From Eledone cirrhosa (Eukaryota), in NCBI GenBank assembly GCA_964016885.1, contig OZ024740.1, positions 133,548,001-133,612,000 on the forward strand: DNA of 64,000 bases, written 5' to 3'. The notes beneath the pieces were generated by a model. That model saw only the letters and a program-made list of their open reading frames with translations. It ran no database searches and had not been told where the DNA came from. Positions within the stretch are counted from its first letter, which is position 1. Each line of letters begins with the position of its first letter. Made by a program: the position numbers and the translations under genes. Below are positions 26,843-40,180 of this stretch, piece by piece.

Positions 26843-27256
26843 CCTGTGTCAGTGTTGAACAAAAAGGTGACGTGGTTGCCTTAACACCGTATGGCATAAA
26901 TTCAGGCTGTTCAGTTTGTTTACAAACGAACAAAGCGACGTTATAATAAGCGCCGCTAAACTGATACGTGCATATATGTATGTGTACCTGTGTGCATATG
27001 TATATATGTATATATATGTGCATGCTACTGTACGTCTGTATACATATATGTATGTACGTATACATGCATACTTACATTTAAGTAAGTGCCATACTAAGAG
27101 TGAGAAATGAAATTTCGTTTTCATTTTGTTTCAATTTATCGTTTTCGGTATGCCTGACCGATTTAACTCACTCAATATGCAAATTAGGCTGCTCAGCCTT
27201 AATTTTCATAAGGGAAGTATATACTTTCGAACGTTCAACTATCTGGCAGATGGGTA

Positions 27257-27301
27257 AACGGTGCTGATGATAGCTAACAAGCTTGAAACTAGTACATCGT
27301 T
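27257..27301 (+). ncRNA. Type I hammerhead ribozyme, unit 6
   Basis: Identical copy. Confidence 0.88.
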
Positions 27302-27529
27302 CCTGTGTCAGTGTTGAACAAAAAGGTGACGTGGTTGCCTTAACACCGTATGGCATAAATTCAGGCTGTTCAGTTTGTTTACAAACGAACAAAGCGACGT
27401 TATAATAAGCGCCGCTAAACTGATACGTGCATATATGTATGTGTACCTGTGTGCATATGTATATATGTATATATATGTGCATGCTACTGTACGTCTGTAT
27501 ACATATATGTATGTACGTATACATGCATA

Positions 27530-27880
<351 letters not shown>

Positions 27881-27953
27881 GTATATATATATGTATATAT
27901 ATATATATATATATCTATATACATATATATATCTACATATATATATATATATA

Positions 27954-28049
27954 TATTAGAAAAATGGACAGCTGCGTGGTTGCACATGGGTTATATATAT
28001 ATATATATATAACCCATGTGCAACCACGCAGCTCTCCATTTTTCTAATA
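27954..28049. repeat. Inverted repeat around a (TA)n loop
   Basis: TATTAGAAAAATGGACAGCTGCGTGGTTGCACATGGGT / ACCCATGTGCAACCACGCAGCTCTCCATTTTTCTAATA. Confidence 0.85.
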
Positions 28050-28059
28050 TTTATATATG

Positions 28060-28246
<187 letters not shown>

Positions 28247-29060
28247 ATATGATTAGGGAGCTTATAGATCGGACAACACACGCTGTATTTTCATGGGGTA
28301 AGTTTTGATTAATTTTTGTATTCTGAAACATCAAAATCCACAAACTTTTGCTCACTGGACTCGGGAATTATCCTGACAGAAATTTGTGGAAGTTACAGAA
28401 ATATTTTCATATATTTTGCCAATGCAATTTTTATTTACATTTTACATTTTACATTACTTACATCTCAATATAACATGGCTAAAATTCAAATTCAAATTTT
28501 GAAAAGAGAAGAAAACGGACAAATGAACTAGATACATCTCACTTCTCCCCGTCTACACTCTCTCCCCACCAACATTTACATTTACACAATGTCATTACCC
28601 TATCTAGACTAAGATGACTGACCTGTTTCCAAACTCTCTACCCTGTTTTTAATGTGTATATATATATATATGAGCCCCACGTGGGTATCGGTAACGCTCA
28701 TTCCTTTGCCTGGCACTTGAACTAAAACCTGTTGAGAAACTGACTTCCTTGTTCAATCATCTTCCCAGAAGCCTAACATTATTTGTCTAAGCGGACAGTA
28801 CTTGATTTAGGAGTCGCAGAAACCCAAATGCTGGATTTTACCAACCATCCAGGGGTCCGGGTAAATTTTTTCAATCACATATTTTTTTATTTATTCGACC
28901 CGAATTACATGGTCGTTTCTGTGGTTGTGCGGATGACGGTTTAACCATCGTCTCAGTGTGTTTGGCCTTTAACGTATGCTGTAGCTCTGGAAGTTGTTTT
29001 TCACTAATTCCAAAGCCGAAATACGATTCTCGCTAATTTATATTTATATATATATGTATG

Positions 29061-29127
<67 letters not shown>

Positions 29128-29259
29128 TAAAACATGTCTATAGAATCACAAGATAAAATATATACTATTTCCTCTCCCAATTAGCATAATTTAATTAAAT
29201 ATATATATATATATATATATCCCTCAGTCAAAGCGACCAAATTTGAACCCCAACATCTA

Positions 29260-29292
<33 letters not shown>

Positions 29293-29422
29293 AAACAACA
29301 ACAACAACACCCGCACCAATATCTACAGCAACAACAGCATCAGAATGAAATGAAATGTACATTTACAACTGCGGCATCAAACGATAAAAAAAAACACAAC
29401 ATATCGACACCACCTTAAACAA

Positions 29423-30343
29423 TTGGAGCGTTTCCATCAGATGTGTCTCAAACGGATCCATCGCGTTCACTGGAGGGACCACATCAGTGATGTCGAGATT
29501 TTGGAAAGCCCTCTGTGTGACAATATAGAAACTCTTGTCCTTAAGCAAAGAGTCCGTTGGAGTGGTCACCTTGCCAGGTTGAAGGATTCTAGAATACCAA
29601 AACAACTCTTTATGGAGAGTTAGTTAAAGGAAAACGACCTCCACATAACCAAGAAAGAGGTATAAGGATTCGTTGAAAGCCTCTTTGAAAGACACTAACA
29701 TTTCTGCTGATACATGGGAAAATGTTGCTGCTGATAGTAATAAATGGAGAAAAACTGTATATGAGCGGAAAGTTGCCTTTGAGGCATCTCGAATCGCATA
29801 CGAGAAAGTAAAGAGGGATGTGAGGAAGGGCATGTTGGAAATTACCAGACGGCGAAGGTCCTCCTATGGCGCTGACATGCAGCGTTTGTGCGAGACTCTG
29901 ACTCAGCAAAGTCACCTTCACAGTCATAAAGTGAGACGAGTGGTTGACTACCAGGCTGTTGATGGAGATGCCACTCATCATGCTTGCCAAGCATGTGGTA
30001 GAGAATGTAAATCAGCAGGATGGCTCAAACGACATGAACTCCAGCCACAGCCGGCTATTCCCAGTGAATTGTTTGGTTGCCAACTCTGTGCAATACATTT
30101 TAGATCATTGGCTGGGCTAAAAAGCCACATCCCATCACAGCACTGTTAATTGCTATCGTGTGTGCGTGTGTGTGTGTGTGTGTATGTAGATATGTTTATG
30201 TGTGTGTGTGTATATATATATATATTATTATTGTTGTTGTTATTGTTCTTATTATTATTGTCGTTATTATTATTATTGTTATTATTGTTATTATTATTTT
30301 TTTTTTGACACTGGCCATACTCGATAACGAGGGGGCAGCCATC
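29423..30343 (+). mobile_element. RTE-clade LINE 3' end with C-terminal C2H2 zinc fingers, decayed
   Basis: LERFHQMCLKRIHRVHWRDHISDVEIL..RVRWSGHLARLKDSRIPKQLF.GEL..GKRP; CQACGRECKSAGWLKRH; CQLCAIHFRSLAGLKSH. Confidence 0.8.
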
Positions 30344-30366
30344 ATATATATATATATATATATATA

Positions 30367-30788
30367 GGAAAATGCGAAGTAGTTTCAGATGTTAAAATCG
30401 TTTATTGATAAGACCGTGATACATATTTCAATGACGACAGTGGTCACACGATTCCGCGTACTCATCGCCATGATCTCACCAGACAGCTTCTTATATAAAA
30501 AGGGGAGAAGGCTGCAAGAACATCACCTCTGTCCGTTCCCTTGTCGTTTCATTTTGGATTGCCTCGAGAACCTAACATTTAAATGTAAGAAGCTGTCTGA
30601 TGAGATCATGGCAATGGTTACACGGAATCGCGTGGCCACTGTTGGAATTGAAATATGTCGGCCTTATTAATAAAGTATTTTAACATCTGAAACTACTTCG
30701 CATTTTCTTATTCAAAATATGGTCTGTCATTCCTACGTGGAAAAATAGATTGAGTGCTTGAATTGAATTGCATCAATGTTTACCGTAA

Positions 30789-30790
<2 letters not shown>
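30367..30790. repeat. Fold-back pseudo-LTR fragment with degenerate HHR in both arms
   Basis: Arms at about 30367-30495 and 30583-30708; plus arm GCTGT-CTGATGA-GATCATGGCAATGG..CCACTGTTGGAATT-GAAA-TATGTC; (TA)n on both sides. Confidence 0.65.
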
Positions 30791-30885
<95 letters not shown>

Positions 30886-31132
30886 GCATATATATAAATA
30901 TATATATATCTATATCCAAAATTAAGATAAATCAAATGAATTTAATCTAAATCAAAATTATCAGATTAATCATATTATAAGGTATCTATTTTTGAAGTTC
31001 TGGTCAACTTTATTTAGTTACCTACCTAGCTATGTGTGGTTACACACTTGCAAACAATATCTCCTGTGATTATTCATGTTTATTTATATGTTAATCAATA
31101 TCTAGTTATTATATATATATATATATATATAT

Positions 31133-33212
31133 TAGGGTGTTCCAGAATTCCACATTTTACACAAAAGTGTTTATTTCTAAGCTCCCTGTGCATTTTCTCA
31201 TGCCATTTTGTATATTATCAATTTATAATGTAATTTTGATTATTTCAGACTAATTTAAGTCTTGCCTAATAGTTGCAATTGGCAGAATAATGGCGGAAAC
31301 TAATGAGCCTAGTTGTAGCCATTCGCTCCGTTGTGGTGATCGAGAAATATGGCATCCTTTTCACCAACAAAATACCAACAAAGGGCGATGTGCTAAGATA
31401 TTTCTTCTACCTTGAAAGATGGTCCTATGAACACGAAACGCATGTGAGCTTCTATGGTGCTATTGCGGATAGGCTTGTGATGGAAGTAGTTAGTCAGTGG
31501 GAAAATGCTGGTGTGGCGACTCAACGAAAAGACAAAGTGAAACTGAAAATTATGAACATGTACAGTGAATACAGAAATTTACAAAACAACAAAGGTTCTA
31601 AGTCAAACAAAGAAAAGGAAGCACTATTTATTTCTGAATTGGATTCGTATTTCTACATTGCACATACTGATGCTGAGAAGAAAAGTTTGAAAGACCGTCT
31701 TGGTAATAATGAACAGAAAATGGAAGATGCTACATTTCTCGAAGCCCTGCGTTGCCAGAAAAAAGTATCTCTGGGTGCTGCAGACAAGGGTTACCAGAAA
31801 AAGGTATCTGCAAAGTTTAAGCGTGATCGGGTTTCTGTGGCTCGTCGAGAGTCAGAGAACAATAGAAAGCGTTTGTCAGGATCTGTAGCAGCACAACTTC
31901 CACGTAATGAACTGAGTGATTCAAGTTCAACCAATGATGAAACTGAAGATGAACAAGGTCCTGAATTTCAGGCCTCAAACCCACCCAGAGACAGCTCAAA
32001 GTCAGACAAGAAATGAAAAATTCAGCTGGAACTCCCAAAGAATCCATTTCAAAGTCCAAAAATGTCTCTAATGGCTGATCCGTTAAACCTGACACTGGAC
32101 CAGAAAACAGCATTCATGGCATCGATTATTTCTGAGGGTGGGACTGACATAAACATCAAAACTCTCTCCAAGAATAGTAGCAGACGTGCAGCTAAGAAGA
32201 TCAGAACTGTGGGGGCTGAACACATAAAGGAATAATTTGCTGTACCATATTGTGTTACCTTGCATTGGGATGGCAAAATAATTCCTGGTGACCCCGAGGG
32301 GCTAGGTATGCTAGTTGCTGGAACTCTGGACTTCAGAGAAGGTAAACTCCTCGGTGTTCAGATAATTCCTGATGGCACTGGAACCACCCAAGCCAAAGCA
32401 TCATTCGATCTTGTTAAAGATTGGAATGTTGATATGTCTGTGGTGGGCTTGGTCTTCGACACAACTGCTTCGTATTCTGGATGGAAAAATGGTGCCTGCG
32501 TGAAATTAGAAGAGATCCTCAACATAAAGGTGTTTTATTCTGCTTGTCGGCACCATATCATGGAGCGTATCTTGTGTGCAGTGTGGCAACAACTATTCGG
32601 AGCAATGTCCAGTCCAGACACCTCAGAGTTCAAGGAGTTCAAAAATGATTGGGTGTCACTCACGTCAAGACCAACTTTAAAACATTGAACATTGTCGACC
32701 GGAGACTCAAGCGTCTGTGTTTTGAGAACATCAAGTTCCTCCAAGATTTGCTGACATCCAACGATGGGAAAATGAGTTCTCTTCCACGGGACGATTACCG
32801 AGAATGTGTCGAGTTGATGTTGATCTTGCTTGGTGTTACCCCTCCTGGTGCACATCATAACGCTCGGTGGATGTCCACAATCATCTATAGTGCAAAGATG
32901 TATGCATTTGGTGTGCGACTCAATTACGATCAACCTAAAATGGAAAAATTGCGCCGGATCTGTATGTTCAATGCTCTGTTCTACGTGCGATACTAGCTGA
33001 CAGCAGTCAAGTGTGATGATGTACCATCCAATGACCTTCAATTCTACGTGGAGTTGATACAGTACAGTAAGGTTGACAGAGATCTCTAGCAGGCATCCAC
33101 TACTGCTCTGAGCAGGCATCTTTGGTACCTGACGGAGGAAGCCATTTCGCTAGTGCTGTTTACAAGTGGGGTCCAAGAGTCTGAGAAGAAACAAATAGCC
33201 CAACGTCTTGTA
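31133..33212 (+). mobile_element. hAT-superfamily (hATm-like) DNA transposon; frameshifted transposase, 3'-truncated
   Basis: 5' end TAGGGTGTTCCA; HWDGK, FDTTASYSG..GAC, ACRHH (CxxH), PRDDYRE, PGAHHNARWM, RHLWYLTEE motifs; cut off by the HHR repeat at 33211. Subclade assigned from memory. Confidence 0.75.
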
Positions 33213-33731
33213 AAGAATTAATATATCTAGTAACATATATATACACAGATGCATACTTATGCTAGTAAATATATAGTTTTTGTCTTAGTGAAATGTTAGT
33301 AAGTAAGTTAATTTTATAATTTTCTTATTTTACGTCTCTCATATTATTGTTCTGTATCCCCATGCATTGAACCACAAAGTTACTAAGACAAAACCTATAT
33401 ATTTGCTAGTATAAGTATGCTTCTGTGTATATATATGTTACTAGATATATTAATTCTTTATAATTATCTCCAAATTATTTTGTCGAGCAAAAATTGGCCA
33501 AAACTGCTACTATAGTAACGGTCCGGCTGCTGTCTTCTTAACAAACCACTCTTCACTGATTGACCTCGATGTCACGTGACTGATTCTTTTGAATTTGCCA
33601 CCGACGCAGTAGGCAGTGATTTTTTCAATGGCTTGGAATTTAGTCCACGCTTTCCCTTTTTCCATCCACTGAATTATTTTTGTATAAGTTCCTTGTGTCC
33701 ACGTATTGCCTGGAAACTTAGCTGAGAATAG

Positions 33732-33813
33732 ACTTCCCTGATGACGAAAGGCTTCTCCGTACGTTTCTTCGGAAACTATGTTTATTCCCTTTCAGAAACT
33801 AATTAGTTGGAGT
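33732..33813 (+). ncRNA. Type I hammerhead ribozyme
   Basis: ACTTCC-CTGATGA-C-GAAAGG...CCTTTC-A-GAAA-CTAATTAGTT-GGAGT. Confidence 0.8.
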
Positions 33814-34259
33814 GAAATTTTAGTAAGTAAGTTAATTTTATAATTTTCTTATTTTACGTCTCTCATATTATTGTTCTGCATCCCCATGCATTGAACCACG
33901 AAGTTACTAAGACAAAACCTATATATTTGCTAGCATAAGTATGCATCTGTGTATATATATATGTTACTAGATATATTCATTCTTTATAATTATCTCCAAA
34001 TTATTTTGTCGAGCAAAACTTGGCCAAAGCTGCTACTATAGTAACGGTCCGGCTGCTGTCTTCTTAACAAACCACTCTTCACTGATTGACCTCGATGTCA
34101 CGTGACTGATTCTTTTGAATTTGCCACCGAAGCAGTAGGCAGTGATTTTTTCAATGGCTTGGAATTTAGTCCACGCTTTGCTTTTTTCCATCCACTGAAT
34201 TATTTTTGTATAAGTTCCCTGTGTCCACCTATTGCCTGGAAACTTAGCTGACGAAAGCG

Positions 34260-34341
34260 ACTTCCCTGATGACGAAAGGCTTCTCCGTACGTTTCTTCGG
34301 AAAGTATGTTTATTCCCTTTCAGAAACTAATTAGTTGGAGT
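34260..34341 (+). ncRNA. Type I hammerhead ribozyme, second tandem copy
   Basis: Same motif 528 bp downstream. Confidence 0.8.
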
Positions 34342-34387
34342 GAAATTTTAGTAAGTAAGTTAATTTTTATAATTTTCTTATTTTACG

Positions 34388-34424
<37 letters not shown>

Positions 34425-35788
34425 TACAGGCAGACTTTATGTTGTTGAATTAAGATATTTTCACTCTAGCGATTTTATTAGTCAATTGCAACTAAAACAT
34501 GTAAATGTTCATCAAATATTAATTTATACTGCTCAGAAGCGATTCTTAGAGCTGAAATGATTGTAAATGACCCCATTGAGTCTAAACTCTAAGCTATTTA
34601 TCACTGCTCCCCCAGGTGAGCTGAATTCGTAATCTCATATAAACGGCTGTTATTTCTAGCACTATGTGTGGGACGTTAGAGGACTGGAATAAGCCGTGTG
34701 CAAAACCTCGTGTATTTTCGCTACGCTAACCAGACCTTAGATATTTTTCTGAGGTGGAGTTATTTAATTTTATCTGGGTACCTATTGATAAACGCAGAAA
34801 AAGTTGATTAACTCACTGCTAATTAGTTAATTATTTTACTATTATACCATCCTTTGTGAAACATGTTTGAAGTTTGAAGTTCTGACCGATCTGCGGAAAA
34901 AGTTTGTATTTTGAATTTTAAACGTGTCTAGGTACCAAGGCTTTTTGCCCATATGAGTCTGTGAGTATTGATTTATTATTTTCTAGATCGTACAGGCAGA
35001 CTTTATATATATATATACAGAAAGGAAAGAGATATTTATTTAATAATGTCTCATATAAAATAATACAACCAGCTATCCACGAAGTACTGATTAGTTAGCC
35101 CCCCAAAAACTAATTTGGGGAAATACTTAGGTATATCCTAATGTCTGTTGAGTGAGATGGAGTTGGTCGGAGTATCGCTTAAGACTTTCTCTGTTTATGT
35201 ATTGTATATATATATATATATATATTCTAACCTCATCAATATATATACAGGTGATGGACACCACGCAGTTTTTAACGTAATAGTATGTATACTTTATGAT
35301 CAATACTCCACTTTCTCTAAAGAATACTTCCCTGGTGAACAAACGGATTCTTAGAGTATTGATTATTCTAGTGATTTGAAATTGTCGCTACTGTTTCTTC
35401 CGTTTCTGAAACTATGGTAGCGAGTTATCTATATGAGTGAGACTCTCTTATTTTACTCTTTCTGAGTTATACTCTCCTAAATAGAGCTTTTAGCATAAGT
35501 TTAATACGTAAAATTGCTTCATGAGTGATATCTTATCTGTATATTATATACATTCATTGAGATGTCTAAGTATTATAGATAAACACATTTTTATTAATAT
35601 ATTTATATATAACTTCATTAATAATAACAGTGTTGTTATTAAAGGGAACTTTAGATAAAAGAATGTTCTTCTCAAGAAAATTCTAAGATATCTGATTCAA
35701 TAATCTCTATCAGTTGAAACGTGTTAGTTTGATAGCACATTGACTCGTCGGCGCTTCTTATTCTTAACACACACACACACACCACATA

Positions 35789-35857
<69 letters not shown>

Positions 35858-35904
35858 AATGAATAATAACAGGTAGACATCATGAAAAGGTAATTTATTC
35901 CGAG

Positions 35905-36021
35905 TGCTTACAAATGTTTCAACAGTAGGTATACAGCCTAATCATGCTATGTGCAAATTGGTAATTATTTGTTTGCAGAAATTCAATTTTTAAATGCTGC
36001 TTCTACCGTTTCCTCAGAGCA
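35905..36021 (-). ncRNA. Type I hammerhead ribozyme with long stem II insert
   Basis: Minus strand TGCT-CTGAGGA-AACGGTAG...CTACTGTT-GAAA-CATTTGTA-AGCA; about 50 nt upstream of a (TA)n tract. Confidence 0.68.
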
Positions 36022-36137
36022 GATTGGTTAAAATGTAAATACCCTTGTATTTCTTAAAGGAAGTTATTGGGGAAGATAGTGTAGAAAAAGGAAGAGATAA
36101 AGAAGGGGAGAGGGAGAGGGAGAGGGAGAGAGAGAGG

Positions 36138-36234
<97 letters not shown>

Positions 36235-36693
36235 ACTTTCATATTCTACACACATACAAATTTGAACTATACAGAAAATATCATCTATTTACATCCTCCA
36301 TAATACGCTTAAAGTGCTTGAATTTTATGTAATACCTTGCCATACAGTACTCATATATGCCTAATATATTTGCTTGTTTCCTTCCCATATATATGACTAA
36401 CGCATGTACGATCTCTACTCGCGTGAATACTTCTTTCTCAATGGCTCTATAATTATTAGATTATTCTCTTGTATTATCTGTCGCATGTATTCCACTCTGT
36501 GCTTTTAATTTTAACTTTAATTTGAATTTGAATTTGAATTTGAATTTGAATTATTGTACAATTCTCGTACAATATATGTCGCATCCATTACACCCTATAT
36601 ATACTAAACTGTTGTTCACAACATCAATATATATGTATCTATATGATTCTTCAGTTGAATAGGAGGTTAATTATATGTACAAACATTGATGAT

Positions 36694-36738
36694 GCTCCGA
36701 TGACTCTAAGCTAAAGTTTGGAAGAAACAATTGTCAGC
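36694..36738 (+). ncRNA. Degenerate hammerhead ribozyme (CCGAUGA)
   Basis: GCT-CCGATGA-CTCTAAGCTAAAGTTTGGAA-GAAA-CAATTGTC-AGC; palindromic stem III; GUC site. Confidence 0.55.
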
Positions 36739-37239
36739 GATTAAATGATTTGAAAATAACTTTGATACTAATGTAGAAGAGGATGTATCCCTACGCGTCC
36801 TGAGAGGTAATTACCCGCGAAGATTTGAAGAAAATCTCTCTCTCGCACCAGGAACTTCGAACCAGCAACACGTACAATGTGACTGTGAGATTTTGTACCT
36901 TAGCCTGCCGGCTTTCCGACGCAATGGCACATTCCTTTTGTAACCTCTTTTTATGTGTAACTTCAACCATATAAGTTAACAAACATTGTTTGTGCTACAG
37001 CAAAAATAAACATACATTTCATCTCTAATTTCTGCTGTTGAAATCATTATTATGTTACTCGTGTCTCAATGACATATATAATCCATGCTGCTGGAATTGG
37101 CGACCTGACGAAAGGAATATTGTAAATACAAAGATGGTAAATAGACGAGTGACCTTCCCTCACGTCTATGTCGACAAGACAATCCAACGAGGATACCATC
37201 ATTTTACCACACTGGCGACCCGACTCACAGCTGCTACAC

Positions 37240-37278
37240 TGGTGACCCCGACGTGATTCGAACACGTAGCCTTCTGAT
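37240..37278 (+). promoter_or_regulatory. Primer-binding site complementary to tRNA-Trp 3' end including CCA, extended to 39 nt
   Basis: TGGTGACCCCGACGTGATTCGAACACGTAGCCTTCTGAT is the complement of ATCAGAAGGCTACGTGTTCGAATCACGTCGGGGTCACCA. Confidence 0.85.
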
Positions 37279-37312
37279 GTAAGTAATTTGGTGTAAGGAT
37301 GTTAGTCACCAA

Positions 37313-37757
37313 TGTGGTAGGGAATAGTATATTGTAGAGGGTTGTAATGTTGCCACGAGGAATCAGTTTATGATAGGAATATCGACAACGACTTTAGCTT
37401 GGTTTTACATTATTTATTAACAGAGGTTGAGCTGGCATGCCAAGAGAAATAAAACAAATCAATTAAGATTACAAGAGAAAATACGGGCGACTGGCTGAAG
37501 GCGGTTGGCCAGGCTCGTAGGTAATGTTTTGTCGTTACATATTGTTTGTGCTTACGGAGCAAAAGAACAAGCGTGTTTTACCTTAGCATGGTCCAGCTGC
37601 GAGTGTCGACAACATTGTTTGACCACTAGCCAACAACAGGGAATAGTGAGATGGCAGCTTCATAGTCTTACCGACGCAAACCACCACACATCGGAAATTT
37701 CAAAACGGCTTGTAACTTTACCAACGCAACCACCATACCTTCTGTCTCGTTACCACA
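37313..37757 (-). mobile_element. Possible second LTR nested in opposite orientation
   Basis: TGTGGTA...TACCACA termini; AATAAA on minus; adjacent minus-strand TGGTGAC is PBS-like; no TSD seen. Confidence 0.4.
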
Positions 37758-39543
37758 GGGACTCGAGAAATTGAGACAGTAGTTTTCTTACCATTATGGC
37801 GTCAGACGTGGCTGCCATGTTGGTGACTGCTACTCTACAGAAGATTCATTGACTTTGCTTTAACAACAAGCAACACAACCCTTTGTCACACAAGGTGGCA
37901 GGACGGTAGAATGGCCACGAAAACTCTCAAACACAATATACATCTAACCCCTAGTAGCATTAACAAACTTCTTTTTCAGTTTTCAGATAGAACTAGTGTC
38001 AGAAAGTCTGTACACTGGTGATGTGTGAACTATTTGACTTTGAAAAACTTTGAACTTATCATGGATCATTAATTTCTGTGCTCCCTTATATTCACTTTGA
38101 ATTATCAGTTTGTTACATTCACATATTTCTTTGTAGAATGCATTTACTTGTTTTGTGCTCTTTTGCTATTTGCTTGCTCATGGTTTTTGTTCATTGACAT
38201 TCTTTGCTGTTTTACATGCCTGCATATGCACACATTTCTTTGTCACACACCAACATCTTGTTCTTGGTATATGTTCTTCAAACGTAATATTCTGCGAGAT
38301 CCCTTTTCACCTGGTGGAGGTGCCGTCACATACTAGCGACTCATAGAGTTTAATTCACCTGGATTCAAACAGACACCGCAACACGAGAATGCTAATTGCA
38401 GCTGAACTCAAACAGTTTCGCATCTCGTTGCACACTGATCGTCCATGACGGCCTCCGTCTTGTTGTTTTGCCCGACTCGCTGGGAAAGCAACAAATAGAA
38501 CTGGAATTGTCGGCATTTCCACCACTTCTGTGGATTCGCCCGAATTATGGAATTTACACTGCAACCCACCTACAGATTAAACTTGCTTTTTTTTCTTTTC
38601 AAAGCAACCAGCCATTTTTTTCCTGGCTCCCTAGCACATTCGGCAATACATCTGGGAGGCCAACATTTTCTCGCCTACCCATCATCTTCTTGCCAGCACT
38701 GGTAAACTACCATAATAGCTTCGTCCACAGCTACTGGTACAACACTTACCATTAACATTTAATGCAAGAACAGCAACTTCGCCCATGTCAGACTTTATCC
38801 GTTTTTGTTAGACCTTTGGTGGTCACGTATAAACTACAAAACAGCTGGTCATTTGACACAGCGGCTAAACACGGTCCGTAGCGCCTCATTTTTTTTCTTG
38901 CATGCAACCTTCTGCTCAATTAATTTTTCACCGATGTGCTCTTTCAGCATTTGTTCTTGCTGATTCAATAATCTGTATCGACTTCCGTCTAGGAGGGGGT
39001 ATTGTAGTGACCTACATTCCGCGGGCTCACATACATTCTCTGTGCGTGATTTGGCTCAGTCAAGCCAATCAGCGCCAGTAGAAGAAGATGTATCCCTACG
39101 CGTCCTGAGAGAGAAATTACCCGCGAAGATTTGAAGAAAATCTCTCTCTCGCACCAGGAACTTCGAACCAGCAGCACGTACAATGTGACGGTGAGATTTT
39201 GCACCTTAGCCTGCCGGCTTTCCGGCGCAATGGCACATTCCCTTTTGTAACCTCTTTTTATGTGTAACTTCAACCATATAAGTTAACAAACATTGTTTGT
39301 GCTACATCAAAAATAAACATACATTTCATCTCTAATTTCTGCTGTTGAAATCATTATTATGTTACTCGTGACTCAATGACATATATAATCCATGCTGCTG
39401 GAATTGGCGACCTGACGAAAGGAATATTGTAAATACAAAGATGGTAAATAGACGAGGGACCTTCCCTCACGTCCATGTCGACAAGACAATCCAACGAGGA
39501 TACCATCATTTTACCACACTGGCGACCCGACTCACATTCTGCT

Positions 39544-39580
<37 letters not shown>

Positions 39581-39586
39581 CACGTG

Positions 39587-40180
39587 TACGAGGTGTGTCA
39601 GAAAAGTAACAGGACTTTGTGAGCTGCGTGAGCTATGATTAGGGTCGGGATTTACAGTTACGTCACCTGCGACGTAATGTTCGGGGAGTATAGAGTCATT
39701 GTTTTTTCACGTGCTTATCGCAACGACCCAACCTGAGGTTTCTGCTCCGGCTAGGGAAAACTCCGTCTGAAGCACTCGGAATACTGTAACAAGTGAATGG
39801 AGATGAGACGATGTACAGCTCATGGGTTTTTGAGTTGCACAAAATGTTCAAAGGGGAATTCCTTCAAAAAGCAGGACTTAGACCAACGTTGAGCGCGTGA
39901 GGTAGGTGGGGCGTGTAGATCGTCTGCTGACTTCGAATAATCGCAAGTGAGGTGTGTTTGAACCGCGAAAGTGTTTGGAAGATTATCACTGAATTTTTGG
40001 ACAGAGGGAATATCTACGCGAAGATGTTGCCGAAGCTGCTGAACGCTGACCAGAATGAGCGACGTCTGCAGGTGTGTCAGGACATTCTTGAGCGTCTTGT
40101 ACTCGACTCAGACTTGTTAGGGTGAATCATCACCGGTGATGAGTCATTGATCTTCGAGTATGATCCGGAGACCACGCGCC
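39587..40180 (+). mobile_element. Mariner transposon 5' fragment, decayed
   Basis: TIR-like TACGAGGTGTGTCAGAAAAGT; LGKTPSEA..VFELHKMFK, KMLPKLLNADQNERRLQVCQ, IITGDESLIFEYDPET. Confidence 0.8.

Larger units (their letters stand above)
33211..34395 (+). mobile_element. About 2.1 tandem copies of a 528-bp non-coding HHR unit with a short 5' inverted arm
   Basis: 33290-33817 repeats at 33818-34345. 33211-33289 is the reverse complement of 33382-33460. Ends in (TA)n. Confidence 0.85.
36773..39546 (+). mobile_element. Internally deleted LTR retrotransposon (probably Gypsy)
   Basis: 5' LTR 36773-37238 (5'-truncated) and 3' LTR 39003-39546 (TGTAG...CTACA) are highly similar. PBS at 37240. PPT AGGAGGGGGTA at 38991-39001. 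Faint gag-like DSPELW near 38530. No pol. Confidence 0.85.

Noticed and set aside
28670-28870. Possible HDV-like ribozyme at an RTE 5' end
   Set aside because: I could not build the nested double pseudoknot by eye
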